A stretch of 64,000 nucleotides of DNA from Tubulanus polymorphus. Lineage: Eukaryota > Animalia > Nemertea. The notes beneath the pieces are model-generated. The model made no database searches. It saw only the letters and a program-made list of their open reading frames with translations, and had not been told where the DNA came from. The stretch spans positions 20,990,150-21,054,149 of the forward strand of contig NC_134026.1 of assembly GCF_964204645.1 (NCBI RefSeq), in the 5' to 3' direction. The position numbers and the translations under genes were made by a program. Shown piece by piece: positions 1 through 22,981 of the stretch. Position 1 is the stretch's first letter; the number at the start of each line of letters is the position of its first letter.

Positions 1-65
1 CAGGTTTATTTTCATTCTCAGTTTATACTATAAAACAGTTGTTAGAATTCTATGATAGCTGTTAA

Positions 66-227
66 ATTAAATATACAGAATTGAAAGAAAATATAAATTA
101 TATTTCAGATAGATTGAATAATATTAAGTGTTGTGAAATATGCAATAAAAGATATAAAAATAAAAGATCATTAAGGAATCACATGTATATTCATGAACTT
201 GATGAAAAATTATATGAATCAAAATAA
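66..227 (+). CDS. C2H2 zinc-finger coding segment within the element (partial)
   Basis: Manual translation gives ...NNIKCCEICNKRYKNKRSLRNHMYIHELDEKLYESK*, a CxxC-x12-HxxxH finger. No ATG upstream of the finger in this frame; possible acceptor TTTCAG at 103-108. Confidence 0.55.
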   Translation: MKYTELKENINYISDRLNNIKCCEICNKRYKNKRSLRNHMYIHELDEKLYESK

Positions 228-686
228 GAAATCGACTGTTAAATTAGCTGAAAATATAAAATATATTAGTTGAAATGTACGAAAATGAGTAAATTATATC
301 TATGTTAAAAAAGGCGGGTTGAGGTATCAATGTATTAAATACGTATTCAATACGTATCAAATACGTATTAATGTATTAAATACGTATTATGCTTTATTTC
401 TGAAAATGAAGTCACAGAAGTAATATATGTTTTAATTCATTCAAATATGATATTGTAATTCTTTAGTTAGTTGGCTTATTCAATAAGAGAAACAATGAAA
501 TAATACAAGAGTGATACTAACAGTTAAAGTTATTAAAATTCTTGTTAAATCTATTTGAATTCTAGTCAATTCTTGTTAACCAATAGCGTGAATAGAAATC
601 AAAAGGATCTAAATTAAAAAAAACAATAAGTTAAATAAGTTAGTATTAGATAAAGTAACTTATTGTTTTTTAGTATTTTTTATTTG

Positions 687-968
687 TGATATAAAGTATT
701 CTCTTTTGAAAAGAATTGTAAAAGAAAATATTAAAAAAACAATAACTAATACTAAAAAACAATAACTGAACTAAGCTAGTATTAGTTATTGTTTTTTAGT
801 ATTAGTTATTGTTTTTTTAATATTTTCTTTTACAATTCTTTTCAAAAGAGAATACTTTATATCAAGAGAAACAATAACTAATACTAAAAAACAATAACTA
901 ATACTAGCTTAGTTCAGTTATTGTTTTTTAGTATTAGTTATTGTTTTTTTAATATTTTCTTTTACAAT
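687..968. repeat. Nested long inverted repeats (subterminal palindromes)
   Basis: 687-~767 (TGATATAAAGTATTCTCTTTTGAAAAGAATTGTAAAAG...) is the reverse complement of ~784-864. A further inverted copy of the AACAATAACTAATACTAAAAAAC units lies at 869-968. Confidence 0.85.
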
Positions 969-1822
969 CTAGAACAACTAAACCCCTATTACTCATAGCA
1001 GTCTTTACCATAGAGCATAACCAGGTTTCCAGCGGTCCTTCCAAGCCATTCTTTGTCCGTGCTTCTTATGGAAAAAAAGTCTGGACAGACACATCTTTGA
1101 CCTTCTTTTCGACTCTAAGCCCTTCCTTTTGATATAAAAGTCCTTCCAAATTTGATTTTTATGTATTTTCTGCGCACAATTTTGTCGCGAATTCGACTGT
1201 TGAAATATTTTATTAATCATTCCTGGTAATTCAATTGCCAGTAAGATATAATATACAGGAAAGTTTTATGGAATTACCCTGAAATGTATGACTGGTCTAT
1301 TACGCATTGCGATAATGCTTCCTCAGGGGCCCTCATTTTACTAGAAAGTACTCCTACCCGAGTCCAAAAGTCCCTCCTTTTGGGTCTAAATTTGCCCGAA
1401 AAGTCCTCTTTAGTACTTCTTTTTATCCCGGCCTTACCACTGGAAACCCTGATGACTGATTTTGGAATAGTGGTCGGAGCTCACGGAAGATAGATTTGTA
1501 ACTAGATCCGAACTCGTTATATCAAACTATTATTACATTTTCCACGCTAGTAAATTATTCAGCTCCGATTCGATTTCGGAAGAAATGAGACATATCAAAA
1601 GTACAGTCTGTATAATAACAGTATATCTATATAAACGTTTGCCCTCTACTTTAACCCATACTCCATTAGAACTTTCCATGAAAATCGAAAATGCATTGAA
1701 ACCGCTTCAGTCCATTAGGGATATGTACGCTAGCACACAACATTATTTCAGCATCTCGCATTCTATCAGGTGACTGGCTTGCAACAAGGAATTTGTTCGA
1801 CGACAAGATTCATCACGAAATC

Positions 1823-2788
1823 ATGAAATCGAATCTCACGACAACTTCAATTTACAGTTTGATTTTTTCAGACATATTACTAGTGACACGTGATACTCAC
1901 ACAACCGTGTTCCTTGTTATTTCGTGTCTTAACACATTTCTGGCAGCAATAGTTGGTTTCATCGGCAATAGTTTAATCGTTGTATTGATGTTGACGGCTA
2001 AATTTCGCCGGCACTTCTACGGCCAATTATTCTTCTTGATAGCCTTATCGGATACTGGGTCCTTAATTATCATCACATTGGCAAGTTTCAATGTTGTCTC
2101 ATACCAGATTAACCAAAGCAATTTGATAAACATCCATCGCAACGATGTAATTTGCGTTTTGGTTGAAATATTATCGGCGGGATTCACTGCGCTAAGCCCT
2201 AACCTCCTTTGCCTATTAAGTTTTGAGAGGATGTGCATCGTGTTGTTCCCGTTCCGAGGACCAAGATTGTGGAGTTTGAAGGCTCCAAAATTCGTTTCTA
2301 TAATATTCATCGTCGCGCAAGTTGGCATGGTTATATCACATTCGTTTTCTATACGTTTTATAGAAGAGATCGGATGCGTGCATACGATAGATCAAACCGT
2401 AAACCGAGCATTACAAATCACTTGTATTTTATTAATACCGTCTACAATACTGATAATATCAACAACAATTATAGTTTTTACTCTAACGTTCAACCGTATG
2501 GCAAACAAAAATCAGTCTTCATCATCTGCGTCTTTTGTCGTAGCGTCTACTTGCATTTTGTTTTTATTGTTCAGTTTTCCGGTTAACATAATCTGGATTA
2601 TGACTTGGAGCAATCCCAATATTGTCCAGTCAGACTTAGCATTTCGAATAGCTGATATGATTTATAGTTGGAACTATGCGGTAAATTTCTACATCTATGT
2701 ACTAACTGGTAAAGAGATTCGCAGCAGTTTGGTGCACTATTTTTCTAAATTTTGCACACAAAAAAAACCAAGTACCCATAGAAGATAA
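1823..2788 (+). CDS. Intronless rhodopsin-class 7TM GPCR (peptide-receptor-like/chemoreceptor-like), copy 1
   Basis: Seven hydrophobic segments, GN in TM1, LALSD-like (IALSD) in TM2, ERM in place of DRY, and NYAVNFYIY in TM7. First ATG at 1823. Confidence 0.9.
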   Translation: MKSNLTTTSIYSLIFSDILLVTRDTHTTVFLVISCLNTFLAAIVGFIGNSLIVVLMLTAKFRRHFYGQLFFLIALSDTGSLIIITLASFNVVSYQINQSNLINIHRNDVICVLVEILSAGFTALSPNLLCLLSFERMCIVLFPFRGPRLWSLKAPKFVSIIFIVAQVGMVISHSFSIRFIEEIGCVHTIDQTVNRALQITCILLIPSTILIISTTIIVFTLTFNRMANKNQSSSSASFVVASTCILFLLFSFPVNIIWIMTWSNPNIVQSDLAFRIADMIYSWNYAVNFYIYVLTGKEIRSSLVHYFSKFCTQKKPSTHRR

Positions 2789-3576
2789 ACTCTCTGAAGT
2801 ATCTATTTATCGTGCCTGTTTACCGAACGCTTCGAAAGAGGTAGGCATATGAAAACATTTTCAAAGCGATTTTCCTACAACTTTTCATTCTGACTACAAG
2901 GAACAAAATTTTGTATCATAAGTAGGACTCGCTACACACTATCCAGGCTTCGGATAAGGAATGCCAACTGGCGCTCTATAATCTTTAAACATCTGTTTTA
3001 ACCAACAAAACTACCTTATCAATAAGCTAATAGAGGATTCGCGAGAATGAATAGAATTGAGAAAATCTGAGTGTTCAAAGGAATTGATTTAAGCCCAATG
3101 ACCCGAAAATCCTCAAAAATCGTGCTAGAACCCCAACCGGAAATCATCTTCTTACGACAGTGGTTTTTTCCAACACAACGAATATCTATCGGTACGGTTT
3201 ATAGCTATCATCGGGTCCAGATTCGATCTACATATTAACAATAGAAATTGGTTCTTCAAACCCGATTTGGTTACGAATATAATCGGACTGGAATGGGCTC
3301 AAAAATTGTCAATCTACTGCTCTACGGCAGCGGCAGTTAAGAAATGTTTAACACACGCTGAATATATGACTTTCTATGTACATTAATCGATAGCAGTTTT
3401 GGTTTACTCTCCATTTTCAATTTTCAATTGAAAACAATTCATCAAAATATGCATTAAAACCGCTTCAATCCATTAGAGTCGTAATGGCTAATATTATTGT
3501 TTCAGAATATTTACACGTGACATTCTGATGGGTGTAGCTGCCAAGGGCTCACCTCGAACAAAATTTGTCAGTAAAG

Positions 3577-4521
3577 ATGGAACCGAATCTGACGACTCTG
3601 ACGACGCCTTCGATTTACAGTTTGACATATTCGGACATATTACTAGTTCAACGTAAGAGATACACAACTACATTTATCACTATTTCATGTCTTAATACAT
3701 TTCTGACGGCGATGTTTGGTTTCAGCGGCAATAGTTTAATCGTTGTATTGATGCTGACGGCTAAATTTCGCAGGCACTTCTACGGCCAATTATTCGTATT
3801 CATGGCCATTTCGGATACTGGTTCGTTAATCATCATAGCGATATGCAGTGTCAATGATATTTCGTTTCAAACTAACGGAACCATTTTAATAAATATTCAT
3901 CATAACGATGTAATTTGTGCGTTAGTTGAAATAACGCATGCGAGTTTAGTTGCTTTAAATCCGAACCTTCTTTGCCTTCTATGCTTCGAAAGGATGTCCA
4001 TCGTGTTGCTCCCGTTCCGAGGACCAAGATTGTGGAGTTTGAAGGCTCCAAAATTCGTTTCTCTTATATTCATCGTTGCGCAAGTTGGCATAGTTATATC
4101 ACATTCGTTTTCTATACGTTTAATAGAAGAGATCGGATGCGTGCATACGATAGATCAAACTCTAAACCGAGCGTTACAAATCACTTGTATTTTATTCATA
4201 CCGACTACAATACTGGTAATATCAACAGCAATTATAATCTTTACTCTGACGTTCAATCGTATGGCAAACAAAAATCAGTCTTCATCATGTGTGTCTTTTG
4301 TCGTAGCGTCTACTTGCATTTTATTTTTATTGTGTAGTTTTCCTGCTAATATAATCTGGATTATGACTTGGAGCAATCCCAATATCGTCCAGTCTGGCTT
4401 GGCATTTCAAGTAGCTGCTCTCATCTATAGTTGGAACTATGCAGTAAATTTCTACATCTATGTACTAACTGGTAAAGAGATTCGTAAAACTTTAACGCAT
4501 TACTTTTCGAAATTGTGCTGA
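3577..4521 (+). CDS. Intronless rhodopsin-class 7TM GPCR, copy 2 (tandem paralog)
   Basis: Collinear with copy 1 and carries the same motifs. The TM4-TM6 region is nearly identical at the DNA level. Confidence 0.9.
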   Translation: MEPNLTTLTTPSIYSLTYSDILLVQRKRYTTTFITISCLNTFLTAMFGFSGNSLIVVLMLTAKFRRHFYGQLFVFMAISDTGSLIIIAICSVNDISFQTNGTILINIHHNDVICALVEITHASLVALNPNLLCLLCFERMSIVLLPFRGPRLWSLKAPKFVSLIFIVAQVGIVISHSFSIRLIEEIGCVHTIDQTLNRALQITCILFIPTTILVISTAIIIFTLTFNRMANKNQSSSCVSFVVASTCILFLLCSFPANIIWIMTWSNPNIVQSGLAFQVAALIYSWNYAVNFYIYVLTGKEIRKTLTHYFSKLC

Positions 4522-4568
4522 AATCAAAACTAGCCTTACTTATCTACCTGAAATAATTTACCCTCAAG

Positions 4569-4816
4569 TCTACGTTTCTTGGTCTCAACGTGTATTATAT
4601 TTTCATTATATCGTTTTCCTGCTAGTATGATTTGGATTATGACATCCTAATATTGTCCAGTCAGGCTTAGCATTCCAAATAGCTGATATGATATATAGTT
4701 GGAGCTGTGGTACATTTCTACATCTATGTACTAACTGGTTAAGAGATTGGCAGCAGTTTGGTGCACTATTTTTCTAAATTTTGCAAAAAATTAAACCAAG
4801 TGCCCACAAAAGATGA
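4569..4816 (+). pseudogene. 3' fragment of a third GPCR copy (TM6-TM7-tail), frameshifted
   Basis: TTGGATTATGAC...AATATTGTCCAGTCAGGCTTAGCATT...TTTCTACATCTATGTACTAACTGGT...GCAGCAGTTTGGTGCACTATTTTTCTAAATTTTGC aligns to 2530-2788 with deletions and insertions. Confidence 0.85.
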
Positions 4817-5551
4817 AATATACTAAGTATCTAATCATCTATTTATCCTACCTTTTTACCAGCTCAAATTTATATTTAGCAGTTCTATAAACGTTATGAT
4901 GGCAGTGAATTGGATTATTGTTCGCTGATTTCAAGAGTACCAACCCTCGATCCCGTATAAATTGCAATGGGACATGTATGAACACGCTAATTTTTTTCAA
5001 AGCAACTTTTTTGCAACTTGAATCTTTCAATCATTTCCCGAAAATACTTCTGTTCAAGTGAAACAAATGATCCCACTACACATTCTCTTGATAAGGAAAG
5101 TCTTGCGATGCTTTGAAAACTTAAAGCATCTAGATGTTTTATCGGAATGCCTTAACCAATAAAATACATGTGTCTTATATACACACGCGAATTCAAAGAA
5201 GTAATATAGAAATTATATAGGATCAAAAAGTTTAGTGTCAGTCAAGACCTTTCATAGATGATACGTCCACCTCAAAGACGCTCGAAATCAAAAAGAAAAT
5301 GTAGACACCGCTGGAACTCCGATAGCTAAAGTTAGAAATATTTAAAAACACCATTAAACTTTGCACATCACCAGTCGTCCATTAGAATTAATTCCAAAAT
5401 CTTTTACGTAGAAACGGAATTCTCAGTGATATGGGTCCTGATAAAGCAACGCATTTGATAATCTCGCATTATTTTGTGGTTGCCAATTCATAGGGCGTTA
5501 ATTGTTGCAAATAAGTTCAAATTTTTCGAGACTTCAACAGCTAGATCAAAT

Positions 5552-8520
5552 ATGGGTAAACGAAAAACAACCGCAAGCTCGTGTGTTCGTTCAAAAAGAC
5601 AAGATGGGCTTGCAAAGAAACGTAGGGGCAAGTGTAGTTTATCACCAAATGGTGTACGTGCTCTCTCGGAGAAAGTTGGTGGCGCTGAGAGATTTAATTC
5701 TTCTAGAAATCAAATTCTGCCAACAGAAGAAGCCGCCCCGGAAAGCTTCCTTAATGACGATTACATAGATCATTGTACCTTAGTAATTAACTCAGTACGA
5801 TCACTAACATCTGACAATAGCTTTGAAAACGAAGGAAATGGTGTAAGCGAAACAACAACAGAGGGAGGTTCAAAAGATTCGGTACGTGCATCTGATTTTC
5901 AAAATACGAATGACAAGTCCAAAACTGTTAGAGATACTGACCACGTCGTCGAACAACAGACCAAATCTGGCACGAAAACAAAACAAATACCAGTAAGAAT
6001 CTTAAAGACCTTTCCTGCGGATGAACATATCCCAAAAAGCCGAATAATTACCACTCCAAAACTATCTTCTTCTATTGTACAATTCGTTAAGATTTTGAAC
6101 GTCGATCCTGCTAAAGAGGTTTTAGGAATGTCGAAAACTGCTAAATCAAATCCAGAAAATCGGCAGGTTTTAACCCTAAGTAAATCAGCAAAACCTCTAG
6201 AAGTGAAAGATGCCTTTACTAGAGATACTTTGACAACACTCGGAAAGAAAACTACTGCCAAATTTTCGGACGTAGGCATTGATATAATCACCAAACAAGA
6301 ACCGAAACAAAATACAGCATCAAAGGGGAACGAGTCTATGGTTTCAATCGAGGGAAAACCGGAAACTTTCCGAGATATGGTTAAGAAAAACCACGGTGGA
6401 CGATTCTTTTACAATCGAGCGATTAAACTTTTGCAAGAGAAATCGTCGAACCTCAAAGAATGTCCGAAATTGCAGAGCGACAACGACTCAACTAAGGTTG
6501 CAGGTTCGTATGGCTTATCAAGCAAACCTGACACATTGGGATGAAATTACATCTAATATTATATGCCTAGGCACATCAAGATTCAAACAAAAACTTTAAA
6601 ATTTGAAACATTTGTGTTCGCATAGTCCCATTGGGTTGAACGCATCGCCTGGGTCCAGCTTATCGATGACTGCAACTGCAAAATTATTCAATTCATTTTT
6701 TTTAATTCCTACAGATCGAACTCCTATTTCTAAACGAACCTACGTGAATCGCAGAGGTCGGGTGAAACGGCCGATGAATGCTTTTATGATCTGGTCACGA
6801 ATGGCTCGCGCCGATATCGGCATTGAACACCCCGAATTTACCAACTCGGAAATAAGCGTCCGACTCGGAGAAATCTGGAACACGATGACCGAAGCCCAGA
6901 AACAACCGTTTTATAACGAAGCACAAAAAGTCAAGAAAGCTCATTCAGAATTATTTCCCGGTTAGGTCTAAGTATTTCATGAGGTTAAATTCGACGTAAA
7001 ACTTTCCAAAATTCAGAAAAGACGCGGGGGCATTCTTATATTGTATCATATTTATTACACCTTTGCAGATTGGACTTATAAGCCCGATAAAAAGAAACAA
7101 ACGCCCCTCTGGGATTGTAATAGGAAATGCTTGCCCAATAGTCCTGCAGTTTCGAATCAGCCAACGATCCCTGATACAAACTCAACATCATCGAAATCAA
7201 GAAGTGAAGCTGAAATTTGCGCCATTGAATCGACCAAATTAACCAAACAGGTGAACTCGATAATGAAGCCAATAATGCCTGCAGCGCGGAAGATTTCGAT
7301 CGGCGCTTTGCCGAAACGGACATGTTCTGATACTCGTGGTCGACCAACGTTTATTAGGATCGAAAATCTCACAGTAAATAATGGGTATGGCAAAAAAGTT
7401 GTCATAGCGAGTAAAACGAATTCTACAACCGTTTCGTCGATAAGTAATGCTAGCAGTGGCAGCTCCACAAGTTCTTATCGACAGCCGATCCCCGGACCTA
7501 GAGTTTACCAGATGACAACAACACCAGTGCCGCAGAATATTTCACCAGTGAACCAATTCTCGCAAACCGCCTCCCACGTTTTACCGAAAGTTAATTCGTC
7601 ACCGATGAGAACGGTTCTTCCGCCTTCAAATTCTTCCGCATCACCAACTGCTCAACATGTGACCACATACCAGACGACGTATCCACTACCGCTGTTCGTA
7701 AACCCGATGACCAACTTCCAAACAATGACTACAGCGAAACCACGCTCGTTCGTACCGATCATTCCTGCGAGTAGAAGTTACGTCGTTCCGACTGTTCGAC
7801 AAGCGCCAGTCCCGATTTCACCTGCGAATAATTTGTCATCCCAAAGACACCAACACATTTTTCCTGATGCCTCTCAACAGAATTTCGGTACATATTGATA
7901 GAAAATTCACTTCCGAATACAAATTGCAATGTTAAACATATTTATTTCACTACTCTCCCGCTTCACAGGTATCTTGATACCCACACGAAATCTAATTCCT
8001 CAAGCTGTAGGGATTCTCAGCACGCCGCAGAATATATCACACCCACTAATTACGACCAGTCCAACATCCAAACAGACATATACAAATCTACAACCCAGGA
8101 AAAGGTAAAGTTGAAACTCCATTAGAAATTAAGAAATTTCGTTAAGACATAATCACGATGGTATCTATTCTATCAAATATATAGACCAAAATCGTAAGAT
8201 TATGGGATGGACTTACATTTTGAAAAATCGGTAAAACTTTTTCAGGCAGGCAGCGATGTCATGGTCTCATACTTTTCTAGCTAAGGAAATAAATTTTTTT
8301 CAGGGAAATGAAGAACCTTCAAGTTGTTACCTCTGAACCATCTTCATCACTACAGGAATGGCCGTTTCCATTTCCTCAATTCGTACCGCAACCTACGCAA
8401 ACAACTGAACAAAATCCGTGCAGCAATTTGACCACTAATCACTGGTACCCCACTCATATCGGTGATATCGACAATATAGGTACCTTTTTCAACAACAGCG
8501 TTTTTCTTTCGAATTCGTAA
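5552..8520 (+). CDS. SoxH: SOX-family HMG-box transcription factor, SoxH/SOX30-like (5 exons: 5552-6503, 6715-6960, 7069-7887, 7969-8104, 8304-8520)
   Basis: HMG box VKRPMNAFMIWSR...NSEISVRLGEIWN...QKQPFYNEAQKVKKAHSELFP|DWTYKP resembles SOX30 (EISVQLG, YDEAQKIKEKH, FPGWVYQP). GT-AG boundaries are phase-consistent. C-terminus is Pro/Ser/Thr-rich. Confidence 0.82.
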
Positions 8521-9639
8521 CTATGACGTCAGTCCCATTGTTTTCAGAAATACCCGAAGTCGGAAACGCTTGGAACGATGATGAGGATGACGTCCCTCAA
8601 CCACGCATAAGATACGCGATGTTACCGAACATAGGTCCTCCGTTGGACGTCGATGGGTAATACGCTTATACATCGTATGTGAAACATGATCCCCCAGATC
8701 ATGAGATGAGTCTTATCGTAAAATATTTTTACCATATTTTTTTTAGCTGGAATAGTTATTTCCAATCCGATACGAGCAGTCTTCAGAAAATTAATCTTAA
8801 GTTGCCGACCTCTGAACAGGATTTCGCAAACGATTTTGGGTTACATTTTACGTAGAAATACTTGAAATTAACTCAATCTGCAATACACGCGCCATTTGCA
8901 AGCAGTGTGAAAATAACGAAGCTATCGTCTCCAGCAGATCTCAATTATCCTCTTTGTCTCGAAACAACTGTTAGCCTGAACCAAAATGTGAAAACAAATA
9001 AAAACCAAATTTTGACGAATGGATATTCTTATAGTTTTTATTCAACGAGCTACAAAATAAAATTTCTTTTCGAATGATTACAACCTTTCGCATCAGACGT
9101 TCTAAAAACAATAAACAAGCGCTAAAATGAACATAATCGGAATTTCCGAATTATATTCAGTTGACCTAGGTATGTACTAATAATAATTGTACTGGTACAT
9201 GTATAAAACTTATACAAAATTACTCTTTTATCATAATTACTATGAATGTATAACTTTTTTGTTCAATAAAACCCACACACAATACACGCGTATCAAAAAA
9301 TGTATTCTATACACAGCAGAATTTGGATTAGTGAACTTCAGTCTCTGATACAACTGTTCATCTAATTTTTTATTGTAAAAATAAACAAATATGGCAGGTT
9401 GAATAGTAGTCAACATTGACAGATTTTTAAGTCTATCAATGTTTCAATTTATTTATGTTGAAGCCTGGTCTTCACAAGTGGTTTCCATCTCTGGATCAGT
9501 TTTTCGGCGGTTTCCTGCTCCAGCCAGAAAAAGCAGCAAGAAAAATCAAGCTGGAAACCGCTCGTGAAAACCATCCTTTAATGGCAGTCTCTTCAGGTTA
9601 ACTTCAGATCCTCCACAGTAAACAGTTTCAATAGGTACT

Positions 9640-18311
<8,672 letters not shown>

Positions 18312-18563
18312 GATTGCAGATTATCATCTACGAAAAAGAATACAGCACAGTAGCATAGGTACTGGAATATGGGCTTTGATACTGGAAACATAGTTGATAA
18401 CCCAATAGCGATGCGTAATCCTACTTCGATCACCTGCCATTTTTATAATCTTTTAACCCCTGATATAACACCTCTCATGTCTAACTATTCTGAAGGCAGG
18501 AAATGGTCTTATCTCAACTCGGTATTGCTTATTTAACACCTGCTTAGTTGGGATGCATGAACA

Positions 18564-18592
18564 CTGATGATGATGATGATGATGATGATGAT
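18564..18592. repeat. (TGA)n microsatellite
   Basis: About 9 tandem TGA units. Confidence 0.9.
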
Positions 18593-19797
18593 AGGTGAAG
18601 TTGGTTCCGAAAAACAGGGACCTATCATAATTCCAATACTAAGACAACATTGCCTGTTTTAGCACAGTAATGGATAAATATTTGGCTATAATATCAATCT
18701 GTCTGGACTTCAGCAGAGGAGATTGGATCTATTCTAGTCAGTAACCTGTCTGTGGTTTAATTTCACAATCGGCTATTTTCACAAACCACATAAGTATAAG
18801 TAAAGTATTGGTATAAGCCCATCCGATTATAAAAAGCTTACCACCAACGATTAGGTAACAACGATTAGGGATCTATTCCTGCCTTATGTCTATTACACCT
18901 AGAATTGAGAGGATGTCAAGGGGCTTAGCTCAGTCAGTTTTACATACCGGAACCCGATGTAGGTCTTCACAGGACCAGCACAGATGGGCAGCTGAACTGA
19001 AGCATCAATTCTTAATCTATTTTATGCCGTTTTGAAGGATTGCCATAAGTTGTATTTTACTCAAAATTATTCAACCCCATTCATGAGACTTTTAGCAAGA
19101 AGGAAATCCTTCTTGAAACTGTTCAATGTAATGTAAGTCTATTAGAGATCAATCAGTTCCACTGCCCATCTGTACTGCCGGTCAGTTTGATGCAAGATGG
19201 ATGACACCAGAATCCCTATACAAAAAAGAATTATTTAATATAGGGATACTGGTGTCATCCAGCCTCCATTAAATTGTGACGCCCCTGTGTTGTTTTTCTT
19301 TTGGATCTTGGGTCACTCCATAGATAGCATAAGATGAAGAATGTATATCTCACTGTGATGGAATATTAATTTCCTTTCAAGTATGAAACCTAATATTCAA
19401 GGTTCTGTAACGGTATGTCTATGTGAATGTAGTGTGACAGTCGGGAGTGACAGCGACGGGGTATTGCGCAATCACATAGCAATTCGTTCCTCGGCGTAAA
19501 ATGGGTTTTGAAGAACAACGATTTTATGTCTGCTCTACCTGAGAAGCTGATGATCACGAATATATCAAGACAAAATCTGCATTTTCACAAAAAAAGCATT
19601 TAGCTGAAATTGCTGAAAAATCACTCGAAAGCCAGATTCAGGCAGAATTTCAAACTCAACCCGGAAATAAAATTTACCACGGCGCGGGTCAATGACGATC
19701 GGGTGGCTCCGAGAACATCCATTATGGCGGGGAATTTCTCGGTGGCATTACTCGCTTCCAAGTGGTTACTTCGCTCGGTTCCCGCGCTAACATGTAA

Positions 19798-20266
19798 TAG
19801 TCCAGGCTCCAAGACTCAAAAATTGGAATTTCGCTTACCTGGAATACCTCAAAGCCCAAATTTCCATTGAAGAAAGATAAGATTCTCAAGCTTATTTGGG
19901 CAGATTTGTAACCCTGGAAACATGAGCCGGGCCGAGATATTGCGTTGCTAAGGTAACGTGCTGGTAAAATATATGCTGTAAGGATGGTTTTTTAAACGGT
20001 GGATTACTCAAAAAGTATTGTAGATAAATTGAAAATTCTTAGACCTACCTATATATTATTGGGTATGGCCTATCCGATAAAAGCAACAATGAACAGTTTC
20101 AACAATGCTATCATGCCGAAATTTTACTTTTTATTCAAAATAACTTCATTTTCGCAGTAAGAAGCCCAAATAAGTTGTTAGTGCAATATCTCGGCCCGGC
20201 TTTGAGGTATTCCAGGTAAGCGAAATCATATTTCTAGAGTGTTTTTGAGACTTGGAGCCTGGACTA
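19798..20266. mobile_element. MITE with long imperfect TIRs
   Basis: TAGTCCAGGCTCCAAG...TTTCGCTTACCTGGAATACCTCAAAGCC at the left is mirrored at 20198-20266. An inner pair is GCCGGGCCGAGATATTGC / GCAATATCTCGGCCCGGC. Confidence 0.8.
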
Positions 20267-20893
20267 TAATCTCAACGTCCTTGTTACCGATCTTAGCAAA
20301 CATTTTCGCACGTACATTGTTATGCATTCTCATTTGGCCAGCGAAATAATTCCAGTCGTTAACAGATGGCACTGCCGCGACGGCCTCAGTCTTTCCCCCT
20401 TCGTGGAATCCGGATAAGCTAGTCTGAATACCAGACGTTGTTACGGTCCCGTACACAACGGCTAGGTACTAGACTAGATAAGCTAAGAACTAAGATCTAG
20501 AGATAACCCCATGATCGAAAGAAATGTTGACCACCTGCAGTTCACGCTTTTGTTCCATGATTGACAAGACACCAATCTGTCGTCAGAGACCTGATGCCAC
20601 GCTTTCCAATTAGTTCCATCAAAAAGAACTAGTAAAACTCATTTTTCACAACAACACCATTTTAGAAAATCCAGGCATTTTGATTTATTTCATTGTACGT
20701 TTAGGAAATAAAGGAAGCGATAAAAGAACAAGATACCATGTTGCTATACTTTGAAATTATTCGTTATAACCCGGACATGCTTTAGCTCAGATTAAATGAT
20801 GAATAGCGATTTCATAAAATTATGTCCGAGATTAGTTTCCATGTATTTTTTTTTCATTTATATCTCGGCTCTACAGGGGATCATACAGAACTC

Positions 20894-22391
<1,498 letters not shown>

Positions 22392-22981
22392 TTCCTATCG
22401 TCTTCGTTGCACGCCAATCCAAAACTTAACAGTTGGAATTTTGAAGGCTTTATATAAATAGTAAGAAAGTAAAACGAAGGAGCCTGTCAACCACAGCTGG
22501 TACGCAAGTATTTTATCAATACAACTCATAATCAACTTAGAAAATACTCCTCCAACGCCTTAAATGTTTTCTTGATCAATTGTTTACCATTCATTATTTT
22601 ATGGATTTCCCTATTCATCAAGAAAAACTTGTCAGTTATGGATTTCTAATAGATTTTACTGGGTAAACGCATTATTTCTTTTAGACGATCAACATAAGAT
22701 GGAAATTGGTTAAGCACTTATGGAAAGGGGTTCATTCATTTCCGCATATCATGTACTGATGAAACATACCGACTTATGCGTAATATATCCCTTATGAAAT
22801 TCAAAACATGGCATGGCATATCTTATTCATTCGAAATTTATTTCGATGATTGTTGAATGTACATGTTATCTTACATCACGAGGTAATTCCAGAAACATGC
22901 TACGGTTCAATTGTCAAATAATGATGTTTTCCACCAGTTCTTTTTTGAACTTCATCGAAAACCATCCCATGGAAAATGTCT

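Larger units (their letters stand above)
1..993. mobile_element. Right end of an AT-rich Polinton/Maverick-like element (truncated by the window start)
   Basis: Very AT-rich up to 993, ending in CAACTAAACCCCTATTACT, which is identical to the right terminus of the complete element at 33600-35551. Composition changes abruptly after 993. Confidence 0.7.

Noticed and set aside
2017-4337. Overlapping alternative-frame and antisense ORFs repeated in both GPCRs
   Set aside because: Their conservation is explained by the DNA-level duplication of the GPCR genes.
18920-18990. tRNA-like start GGGGCTTAGCTCAG
   Set aside because: No B-box/T-arm or acceptor-stem partner, so no cloverleaf can be built.
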